From assembly GCF_009834535.1 (NCBI RefSeq), contig NC_045697.1, forward strand, positions 73,286,001-73,350,000: a stretch of DNA of 64,000 nt, read 5' to 3'. The stretch is from Camelus ferus (lineage: Eukaryota). A program made the position numbers and the translations under genes. Within the stretch, counting starts at the first letter, position 1; every line of letters starts with the position of its first letter. Shown here in pieces: positions 53,486 to 64,000 of this stretch. Under the pieces are notes generated by a model. The model saw only the letters and a list, made by a program, of their open reading frames with translations, was not told the origin of the DNA and did not search any database.

Positions 53486-55619
53486 TAATAACCTACACTG
53501 ACCCTTAGCTATTGGGGGCATGAGATCAACTGTCGACTAAAAACAATACACACATACACACGCAGATTCATCTATATCTCTCCACCCATACACACGTTAA
53601 TGCAATATTAATACACTTATAAATACCTATAAACATAAAAATTTTGAAGAAAATTACATGGCAATTGATGGAAAGGTGAGGAAAGTTCTTGAAGGCTATA
53701 ATAAATGAGAATTTTCAGCTACATATGTTCTATGATGGTATCAAAGGTTAAATAGTATCATTTAAATGTTCTCTTCCCACCTCCTTTCCAACTGTGCAGT
53801 TTTCCTGAAGCCATATAATTTTAAATAGATCACTTTTCAGAAAAGTCATAAGCAGAAGGTCGTAATTCAAACCAGGCAACCAGATTCTCCTAACATCTAA
53901 CTATTAAAGAAGTCAAGTAACTCAGTCCTGTATTAAAAATGCTTTACATGTAGTTTACACATGATTAGACCTAGCTTTTAAAAGTGCTGTTCTTGGAAAG
54001 AGATCTGTATACGGCTTCCAATTTGTGAAGTTACACCACCTGTTAAAAGGAATGATTTTTGTCGTAAGTAATATATTGTAAACAAAGCACAGACTTAGAC
54101 TAAAAAGATAGTTTGGTTGACATTTCATTTTATATAAATACATTGAAAATAAGAAATATTGACTTAAAAATTAGCCAAAAAAATCTGGATTGCAAGGGAC
54201 ACAAAGATTGATCCTAAGCCAAGATATGTAGAATAAAAGATTAGAAGCAAAATTTCCAAATAAGCATAATGTTCCTATAGAACTCTAACACTCATGTAGT
54301 GTATTCAAATAAAACCCTAAACTTGTTTTCACTGTATTTCCTTCAAATAACATTTTTTCTCTATTAAAAAAAAAGACAAAACAAAGAGTGGAAATAAAAT
54401 GGGGGATGGCTTCTGCATAAATCATGTGAACTAAAACAACTATTACCAATAAACACACTTGAAAAAAAACATGATTTTTCAAAAACCATATGAAATTATT
54501 ATCTGGTTCAATGTCTAAATTGTTATCTGGTTCAATGTCTAAAATTCACTTCTCTTCCCTTTTTGATTAATTCAAACTATTTTGATGAATTATCTTCTTA
54601 TCATCATTTATAAACCTCCAAGGATCTGCATCCTTGAAGACATCAAGGAAGCAAAATATCTGTGAAAATTCAGTTTTATATTTTTGCCATATTGTTGCTT
54701 ACACCAAAATATAATAAACATAGCAACTCACCTGCAAAACTGCTGCATATCCAGGAACTCTTTAATACAAGTTACCTAATTCTTCTTTCTCACCCTATGT
54801 AATCCAACTCTCTTGCCATGGCCAAGATACTTTACATGAGTGATATTATGCTAACAGAACACATCCTAGAATTTGTAAAATTTACAAAAACTCTTCTAAT
54901 GTACTTTTTCTGTGGACATGAACTCTTTCAAATCATTTAAAGTTCCACGCTTGCAACCACATTCATGATTTCCACGATATAATACTGTGTTCTACATTTC
55001 CTGTAGTTTATGAAGCATCCAAAAAATTGGACCTTTGCTCTGAGAAGCAGTGAAACAAGAGTTAAGCATATTCACCACCAAGTCATAAGCAGCATGGGTG
55101 AACCACATATTCCACAATAAAAAGGTAATCTCAGAGTATTGCTGGGTGTGGCTGGAGACAGAATTCCTGTGTTGCACATTTCTTCATGGCCCTGAATGCT
55201 TTCAAGCATTATCACCAGGACTTTTTATTTATGGCACAAGGAATTCATGGGCTGCTCTCTCCTGGCACACTTACGACAGAGAAGGAAGGGAAAAACTTTG
55301 GATGCATTCCTTTCTTTCTTTATTTCAGGGACCTTTTAAAGCTTTCAACAAAAATATCTCCTTTGGAAATGTAAAAAGAATCGTGTTTGTCTCTTTTCCT
55401 TTTCTAAAAATATAAGAAAGACAAAACATCTGAGGAAAAACAAGATGAGCAAAACTGGAATATTTTATGGAAGATTTATATCCAGTACTCATTCTGCTGA
55501 CATAAGGGTGAGTGGAGAATGAAAAACGATGTTTTATCACAAACAAAATGAGATTTTTAGGATCATATGCTGATTACTTCAAATCCCACAAATAGAAATT
55601 TGTTCATGGAAAAATAGAG

Positions 55620-58600
55620 ATATTTTGAATACTAAAGTCCTTTATTCAACAACACAGAAATTTCACAAAAACAACTTTACTGGGCAAATTGAATGTGTTT
55701 TTTTTTTTAAGGTTTTTTTTTTTTTTTTTTTACAGTTTTGTACATGCCCCATAAGTAATTTTCTTTAATAAATACACTGTTTTCCAAAACTGCTTTTTTA
55801 ATAATTGCACAAGCATACATACACCTTACACAAATATCTATTAGAAAATTTAATAGATAACTGCACAGTTCAGAATAGGAGAACACTGTGAAAGGAGTAC
55901 ATTTTGTGGCCCATGTTCCTGAAATATCTCTAACTTCCTTGCAATTGTGAAAATGGAATCCTGCCTAACATAGTAGCTGTCTTTTATTCACTAGGAATAC
56001 AGATCTCAGTGTGAAACTGCCAAATTTAATAAAAACAAAATCTGAAACATTTAGCTGTTACATGAGAACCAACTGTTTGATATCACTGTGAATCTAGCCA
56101 TGATCAAAGACCCACTAGGGCTTTTTGCTGAACATATTTGACCCTGAATAGTGTGTGCATTGAACTGCTTTCCTCTTTTTATTATGTGATTACAGATACT
56201 ATCAGCTTAAAGACTTTCTGTGCTTTAGTATTAATTGTACGACCTTCATGCCAGGGGTTCTAAATGAAAGGAAGGGAATATTCCTTTCTTTTAGTGATTG
56301 CTTAATATGAATTCATAGGAAGCCTCCCATCTCTTGCTCCTGATAAACGTGTTCAGAAGAAGAAAGTTGGATGTTAGGAATTAAGCAGCCAGGAGACACT
56401 TTTATATGTTCTTACACCGGTGGAAGACTATTACTGCTTTCTCTCCCAAGGATGGACAGATTTCTAATTTGGAAATAAATGTCTACTTGTGCATAGACAG
56501 GCAGACTCCATCAGAAAGCCACTCCGGTCTGAAGGCCTGGAAAGAGCCAGCTCTGCACTATGACGTTAGGGTGATGTCAGGGTGCTGAGGGACAGCTGGC
56601 AAAGAACAGATTCACTGCACTATGTGCCAGCACCCTAAGTACTTTCCAAGCTCTCCCCAAATCCTGACAGAATATGGTATCTCCTCATGCACACCTAGAG
56701 AAGGCAAGACTCCTGTGTGTGTAGACCCCTCTTACAAAGTTGTTTATTTGTCTTATCTGACATGTAATTTTTAAGTTGTACAGGTGGTCCACATGGTCTA
56801 TATTTGGATTGCTCTATTTTGAATTTTCCTGATACTGACTATGAAACATACAGTGAGGAATTTTTTAAAGTTACATTTCATTGGTATTTTAGGATCCTGA
56901 AAAGTGTAAATCTTGAAGTCATCCTACCAGGGCTAGAATGATACGCTCTACAAGTTCTCAGTATATGGACTTACAGGAAAGAGAAGTTGGGGGGGAGGCC
57001 GGAAGAGCAGTATCTTTCTCGAACATCACCAACGAGAACTTTATGTGCACCCTACATTACATAAATAGAATTTTACCAAAAACATAAAAAATGGGCAGTG
57101 TGAAAGAACCATACCAAGAATAAAGACACGTAAGAAAATTAAAGAGAAGCTGCACTTTCCCATTTCAATCATCAACAGATTTTCTTTCATGGAAAAAAAA
57201 TTGAATTGACATGTAAAACATCACATTTTACAATATACAGATTCATCGATTCTTTAAGAAAACAAACAAAAACACATCAAGACATGCAATACTAGCATGT
57301 ATTTTAGACTCTCAGTCCATTGCTATGAGATCTTTATACGTCACCGTATGCCTAATGCAGCCCGAATAAAAGTTTGTTTCAATTCTGTAATAACAATCAT
57401 CATTTTCCAAAAAGCAAGGCAAGCTTACCATTCAAGTGTAAAGTAAGTTTTCACTTACTTGTAAATAATTAGCAAGTTGGTTAAAGAAATTAAGTAAAAT
57501 AAGAAAAAATGGAACAAGAAAGAACTCATATAGCTCTCATTGGTCCCACAGCAGAAATAGAAATTCTAACTAGAAACCCTCAAAGGAATATACATCAAGT
57601 AGAAAGCTACCTCAAAATTAATATACAGCACGTTTTAATGTGTGATCACATAATTCTCTCCTCTAAACATGGATAAGTGTAATACATTATGAAATTTCCT
57701 CAAAAAGGCTATTTGACAGTAACTGTAGACCGTGCATTCAACCTCTAGGCAAGTTAAGTCACAACTGTTTCCCACGTTGGCATTTGTGAGTATCTTTTCC
57801 ACCCCTCCCGCCAGCACTCGAATGCAGTGCTCGCTCCTTCTGCGATGAACAAAATCTCCTGTCATATTATTTTCCATTCAAAACTACAACTAGCCTTTTA
57901 AAAGTATTCATCTGCTAGTCTTCCTAAAACTTTACAGTCCTTCTTATCACCCTTTCTCTCCTCAAGTTATTTTTCTTCCAATGATCCATTTTGCTAACAC
58001 TTTTCAGCAGGCTAACGGATGTCTCAGGCTAAAAGAGCTGGCTAGCGGATCAAGAACAAAAAGTTACAGTCACATGGCAACTTCGATACTCTCTGTGTTT
58101 TTGCTCAACTCTGTTTTATTCCTGAAGCTGAAAATCTCCTTTATACATCTGGCCAAAAGAAAAAAACAAAGAAAGAAAGAAAGAAAATTCTTAGGTGTCG
58201 TGTCATCACAAATATTTGTCCTAATGGCACAGCCTGAAGAACCCTGACTGCCAGGGGAAAACCAAACACCACATGAAAAGGTAGCACAGGTCCCATGAAG
58301 CATTAGCTCCTTTTGTCTGGGAGCTGTGTGCGTTTATGGAATCCGCAGACTGTGGCCCTGCCCGCCTTCTCAGGAATGAAAGCGTCCAGTGACAAGTATG
58401 GGAATCAGAGCAATGGAACATTCCACCGAGGGCCTAGAGGAAAGCCACTGTTCCAACTGGGAGGCTCTGAGGAAGGAAAATAAAAAAAGAGATTTAAAAG
58501 CCTCACTTTCATGAATGCCTTGAATTCTTTTTGACTTAAAAATGTACCTAGCCTCGTCTCAATGCTGGAGGCCTTTAGGTATTCAAAGTTGAAAACCAAA

Positions 58601-59707
58601 CTACCCATTTAATATCATACATGGAATTAAAAGGCATTTGGAGACATTTTAGTAAGTTTTTACTTTTTTCTTCCAAAACACAAAAAAGCAAAAAATAAAC
58701 AAACAAGAAATACATATAACCCATGATGGGCTGGGAAAAAAAAAATCAGTCATGAATTTCTCTCCTAAGATATGATACTTTATTCTGTATCCTAGAAAAC
58801 ACTGCTTAAAAGAAAAAAAAATTATACAACTGTTCTGCATGTTCCAACTACTCCGAGTACTCCGCCTTAACAGTGCAACCCAAGACAAGTCAACTACACT
58901 AAGGATTTGGGAGGTACACCCTTCTGTACAGCTCGTTTGTAAGCAATGCAAGTGCATAACCACTACTCTAATATAGTGCTCAAAAGATTAATTGAAACTT
59001 TCATAACATCTTCCCCTCTTCGCACAATACAACTGAAGGTAACCGCTGGATGCATCCTCATCTTTTAGTCTTGTAAAACTCGGCGTCAAGTCTCTACGGA
59101 AAGATGCGTGGCGACACGTGCCACTGCTGTTGCTGCTTCTAGAAACAACTGTCAAAAAAATATTTAAAGCTAAAATTTATTGCTCCAGATTTAACTCGCA
59201 GAACCATAGTGTTGTGTACAAACTGTTAATCTCCATAGATGCTCAGACGTGATTGTCTCCTTGTGTCTAAACACACAAAATACAAGCTGCTATCTGTACA
59301 GTTTACAGTACTGAAACACATATATTTGAAAATGAAGTATAGATATGTACTTTGCAAAGATACATGATTTTACAGCAGGGGTTTACCCAAACTTATTTTT
59401 TTACAGCCACCTTCAAAATAGACAACAACTTCACTAGGATAGCTAAATTACATCAAAGAAAGAATCAGTGTATTGAAAGTAAATAGACTGGCCGATTCCC
59501 CGAGCTCCCGGATTATTTTTATATGTCTTTTTTCTTTTCTTTTCTTTTCTTTTCCTTTATTATTATTTTTTTTGAAGAAACCCCTATACATAAAATGAAA
59601 ATAATATCTGGATATTTTCTTCAGTGGTGGACTAAGCAGTTTCTTAAAACAAGACATTAGTTTGCCCTTCACTTCCAAATGCCTTGAAAATAAGAGATAC
59701 TACTGCC
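55620..59707 (-). other. CXXC4: CXXC4 3'UTR (~4.1 kb)
   Basis: Follows the stop codon; AU-rich, transposon-poor, with multiple miRNA seed matches. The 3' boundary is inferred from the poly(A) signal. Confidence 0.75.
55641..55646 (-). terminator. Candidate distal polyadenylation signal AATAAA of CXXC4 (cleavage near ~55620)
   Basis: tttatt on + (AATAAA on -), with UGUA motifs upstream (~55730-55745) and U-rich sequence downstream on the minus strand. It ends a transposon-poor ~4 kb UTR-like block. Confidence 0.7.
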
Positions 59708-59752
59708 TTAAAAGAACCATCGGAAAGCTTCAGCGCTGGGAACAGGTGTTCT
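59708..59752 (-). CDS. CXXC4: Terminal coding exon of CXXC4/IDAX (CXXC-type zinc finger protein 4): RTPVPSAEAFRWFF*
   Basis: Minus strand reads ...cttaacttattttcttgctctttttttatag|AGA ACA CCT GTT CCC AGC GCT GAA GCT TTC CGA TGG TTC TTT TAA. The peptide matches the CXXC4 C-terminus as I recall it (...KKKPGTSLE-RTPVPSAEAFRWFF; paralog CXXC5 ends AAFRWFQ). It is too short for the ORF track. Confidence 0.95.
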   Translation of the reverse strand, partial: RTPVPSAEAFRWFF

Positions 59753-59783
59753 CTATAAAAAAAGAGCAAGAAAATAAGTTAAG
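59753..59783 (-). promoter_or_regulatory. 3' splice site: branch point CTTAAC, polypyrimidine tract and AG acceptor
   Basis: AG at 59753-59754, pyrimidine tract on the minus strand, CTTAAC at 59778-59783. Confidence 0.9.
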
Positions 59784-60103
59784 CTTTCTTTCTATGCCAA
59801 TATAAAATTAGATTTTTCTCCTTTACATTTCAGCAATATTTTTAGTCCCAAAAGACACAACAAAATGACTTGTATATTTCAACATTTAATAAAAATCAAA
59901 CGTTTAATCTTAGAACATCACAAAAATTAGAGTATTAAATTTCATGCTCATTTACTAAATATAATGATTAAAACAATTTGTCTAAAAAAAATATAGGAAA
60001 TACAGCCTAGAATGTGGATGGCAATCAGAAGAAAGGGGAAGGTTCAAACTATTAACCAACAGTAGGAAGACCAGCCAGTAAGTGCACTTAAAACCTCTAT
60101 CTG

Positions 60104-60197
60104 TGTATGTTCATGTATAACTGAAAAAGTGTGCTCTACACTGGGAATTTGACACAACATTGTAAAATGACTATAACTCAAAAAAAGTTAAAAAAAA
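60104..60197 (+). mobile_element. Extremely 5'-truncated young L1 3' end with A-tail and 14-bp target-site duplication
   Basis: TSD aaaacctctatctg at 60090-60103 and 60198-60211; TT/AAAA endonuclease site; body tgtataactgaaaaag...acacaacattgtaaaatgactataactc. Confidence 0.9.
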
Positions 60198-60893
60198 AAA
60201 ACCTCTATCTGCTACAGACATATGCAGCCTCTCTAAGCCTGATGTTTAGAATTCAGTGAAATAATTTCTTTATTCTGGAGAATTTCTCTTTATGACAGGA
60301 CAACAACAAATATTACATCAATACTACCTCTATCATTTAGCAACTCCTAATGCTAAACGTTCCTACATATAACCTAATGAGAACTATACTGACAAAACAT
60401 ACCGATATTTTAAAATAAGTCTGCATTTTCAACAAATTAATGTCATATACATGAGACAAACTTGTAAGTAACCAATGATACTCAATGGAGCATATTGTGC
60501 CTTTTGCACAATAAAACTACTACAGTTTTCGAAAGGAGTAATAAGCTAGCACTAAATGTATGAGCGAACCTTTTAACCAAAAGCTTAAAGTTACTATGGG
60601 ATTTTTGGGTTAGATAAACAGTAGTTAAGCTATGGAATTTCCTTTATATATTAACATTACAGTAATTCATCATGCCATACTCTTCTTTATAAAACAGAAT
60701 CACATGCATGTATATTGAAGATACGTAAGAAACAACAAGCTAAGAGTAAATTTTTCCTCAGGCAAGTGGAGAAGTAGGTTTTCTTCCTTAGGCCTGTCCA
60801 ACAAGCCTGTGTAGACTATAAGATTGCTACTAGACATTCATAAGTATGTAAATTGGTGTGTTGAATATCACCAAAATATTGAGTAGGTATAGA

Positions 60894-60927
60894 CACACAC
60901 ACATACACACACACACACACACACACA
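60894..60927. repeat. Interrupted (CA)n microsatellite
   Basis: Seen directly. Confidence 0.9.
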
Positions 60928-63900
60928 TTCGCCTTGTAAACACATCTTAAGACAGTGCTAACAACACTTGAATTTTCAGAAAAGCCATAAAAAATTCTAC
61001 TACAAACACTCGTTAATAATTGAGGTTAGCTTTTATTTACTTTCTCAAATATGACTTATTTGGTAGCCACCGCCCTGCTACAGTAATGTCATCTAAAAAT
61101 AAAGGTGTATTAATTGATTAAGATGTTTAAATGAATTTTAACTGAAATTTAAATGAATAAAATAACCATTTTGGCTCTCTGCACTAAAAAGAAGTTTTTA
61201 AAAACTGTCCTCATAGTCAACATAATACGTTTCAAAATGAATGCGTTGAGAACAAACTAATGTTATCGAATTCAAGTTTGCATATATGTATAAAAAAATT
61301 TAACTCATGAAGTATTTTCTAAAAACACAAAAAGGTCCACTATTCCCATAAAAATAGTACTTATTGATATTTGACTCCTTACTCCTCCTGGTTTAATCTG
61401 TCTTCTCTCCAGTTCACTATGCATTCCTGGATCCCCAACATTTGATTGGGTTGGTGTGAAAAACTACTTTACCACTTTTAAAATTAACTTTTAAATGATA
61501 AATGAAATTATATATGCTCATTACACTTATTTAATCATTAATAAAGGTACTATAGGAAGTAATAAAGGACACACCATATTCATTCATCCTAATATTCATA
61601 CATTATACACACACATACATATATAAGCAGTAAATGAAAACTTAGAAGTTTACACCAGATGCTAACTTGCTGCCTGATGCCAACTAAGAATAAATTTTAT
61701 ATAAGTATGCATACTTATATAAATGTAGTCATTTTTAACAAGATCTGTTAGATCCAAGCATATCCATGCATTACAGAATCACATATGAAAAATAAACATG
61801 TGCATATATATTCATATATACTCACATTTATGTGTACAGTATATGACATGTGTACAGAGATGCCAACTTACTCTCAGATGCCAACTGGAAACAAGACTGT
61901 AAGTATATACTCATATATCCTGTATCTTGATAAACATATATGTTTATGAAGATAAACAGAAAAAATATATGGAGCACATTTTTTCAAATGAGACGCATTC
62001 CTTATGTCTCAATTTCATTTTCAGATCTCTTTTCTAACTCTTTGCTCTTCTGGTGCCCCTCTCCACCACTCAATTTTTTTATCTGCAATCTTTAGAAAAA
62101 GTAAACTTTATAAAATGCCACCTGCGACCAAAGATCATTGTAAGGAAAAAGATAATCACTTCTTTATGCTTGTGAGAACTAAAAAATAATTAGATCATGC
62201 AAATATAAGAAAAGCTAAGAGCTAGTTTTCTGGACTATCACAACCTGTCACAAAACAGCACTCTGATGTGTACATATCAGTTTGCATACGTTGAGTCGAG
62301 TACGGATCTCCATAAATAAGGATGCAGATAATCCACTGCTGCAGGGGAACAGGGGAAGGGAGAAGATAAGCAGCGATTCACCTTTTAAAAAATATTTCTC
62401 TTTTACATTAAGATCTTTGGGATTGAATCCTAAAAATGATTTGTTGGAAAATCCCCAAAAATGTGCGAGAAAATTTAGGAAAACCACTGTGCGTTAACTG
62501 GAACAAACTAGCAAGGCATTCACGAGAAACTCAAAGTGAGGTTTCTCTAAGTTTTAGTTCAGGGTTAAAAAAGCAACAAAATGCTCCAGTGTCCCAGAGG
62601 CCACACAGAACGGAAGGGGCATATCCAACCTCTGGCCCAATTTCCACTGGGTTCACTGGAAAGTTACTTTAGGCCTAGACTGAGTTCTTTTCAGCCAAGA
62701 TGAAGGTAGCAACACTGTTTTCCTATGTAAAATACTGGGTAAAATCAGGGGTCTTGATTAAGTCTGTCCTACTTTGGGGACACATCTTCTCTAATTCGGT
62801 TAAGTAATGAGGTCATCTTTGTAAGAGGACTTCTATTTTCAACGGTTTGGGGGTGCTCAGCACCCCAATATTGGGGGTTAAACACCCTGACCAGCTACCT
62901 TCTTTATAGATTCATGAGTCACAGCTGGGGAATCACACTCTTGATGAGATTACAATGACTTTTGGGATCTCAGTGATGCTTGCAGAAATCGTTATCCTGA
63001 ATGACAGGGAAGCCAGATTCCCCAGGAAGAGAAGGCAGACGGGGGTAAATACTAGAAGGGAGTTGATCAGCATTGTTTAAGGCAGCCTTCACTGCTCAGA
63101 CAGGTGCAAACGCTGGCAAACAGCAGCCTTGCTCCCAGGAGGCCCGGGCAGGAACCTGCAGCCCCAGCTCTCCTTCCGGTCCTGCTGTAAAGCATGGCGT
63201 TCCAGGGAATTCATCCCTACAGGAGCCAGACCCAGAACAACCTTCAAGTTTAAAGGAATGCCTTCTGTTTTCCTCCGAAATAACTTTAAAAAGCAAATTA
63301 TTGCATAAAATAATTATATAATCCAAGCCTAAGTATATTTCACAATTACCTTTTTAAAAAAATGAATACAAAAATTATCCATATGTCTCTGGCAGAAATC
63401 TATTTCAGTCTGATTTTCATTAAATCAGCAATGAAGAAATAATTAAATGACCTAAAACTAGTAAGAATCCCCAAAGCTGCTACCTTAAGAATTTGAGCGT
63501 AACTTTCTCTTTAGGGACTTGCTAAGCAGTCACGTGAACTGTGGTAGCTCACGCACACAGCTACATACTCTTGTTTAAGATATGTCAAGTCTAGTAAACC
63601 TCACCTCCTCAAAGCTAGACTGCATATCTAGACTTCGATACATATGAAGATATATAGGATTAGCCATTCATGTGTAGCTAAAATGTTGCATATGATAAAT
63701 CGTTCTAGTAAAATGTTGCAGTATTCAAGACTTCAAACAAAACTAATCATTTTGAATAAAGCTAGACATGAGTTTTCAAAGAGCAAATAAGACAACTTGA
63801 TGTTGAAATTTACTTCAGAATGCATAAAAGTTATAAACTGAGATAATACTTATGACATTAGCAAATTCTGTAACTTAAGTTAATTATAGCTTTCCAATAT

Positions 63901-64000
63901 TTATTCATGTAGTTTCTAACCCAAAAATCTCAGTGGTTCACCTAGGCCTTCAGAATTCTGCTGTGAAACAGGATGGCTCTGATACAGTACATCCCAAGTG

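Larger units (their letters stand above)
59753..64000 (-). other. CXXC4: Last intron of CXXC4 (upstream CXXC-domain exon lies beyond the window)
   Basis: Lies upstream of the acceptor; no CXXC-encoding sequence was found in the remaining 4.2 kb. Confidence 0.85.

Noticed and set aside
53380..53520. 96-bp repeat unit as a C/D box snoRNA (CTGA...TGATGA...CTGA on the minus strand)
   Set aside because: No 5' C box or terminal stem at the expected position; not in a known intron; the terminal CTGA is not part of the duplicated unit
1..64000. CRISPR arrays, tRNA/rRNA genes, operon-like systems
   Set aside because: Eukaryotic intergenic, UTR and intron DNA; no regularly spaced repeat-spacer structure or structural RNA gene was recognised

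Overview
This is AT-rich mammalian genomic DNA, not prokaryotic. The L1 3' ends look cetartiodactyl, probably camelid (inference; no Alu, B1, Bov-A, PRE-1 or SINEC elements were seen). The only protein-coding sequence I can support is the 45-nt terminal coding exon of CXXC4 (IDAX) on the minus strand at 59708-59752 (RTPVPSAEAFRWFF*). It has a canonical acceptor, a ~4.1 kb 3'UTR ending near 55620, and intron from 59753 to the window end. The first ~55 kb is downstream gene desert containing L1, L2, MIR, MaLR/ERVL and Tigger relics, microsatellites, and transposon-poor stretches that look like enhancers. The most striking unexplained structure is a 96-bp non-repeat segment present twice in inverted orientation 29 kb apart (24271-24366 and 53390-53485; 93/96 identical). 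It carries a perfect NRF2/NF-E2-type ARE (ATGACTCAGCA) and a 12-bp palindrome. The left copy has junction microhomologies and a flanking duplication, consistent with a templated (template-switch) insertion that copied a candidate enhancer. Repeat subfamily names and boundaries were judged by eye and are approximate.
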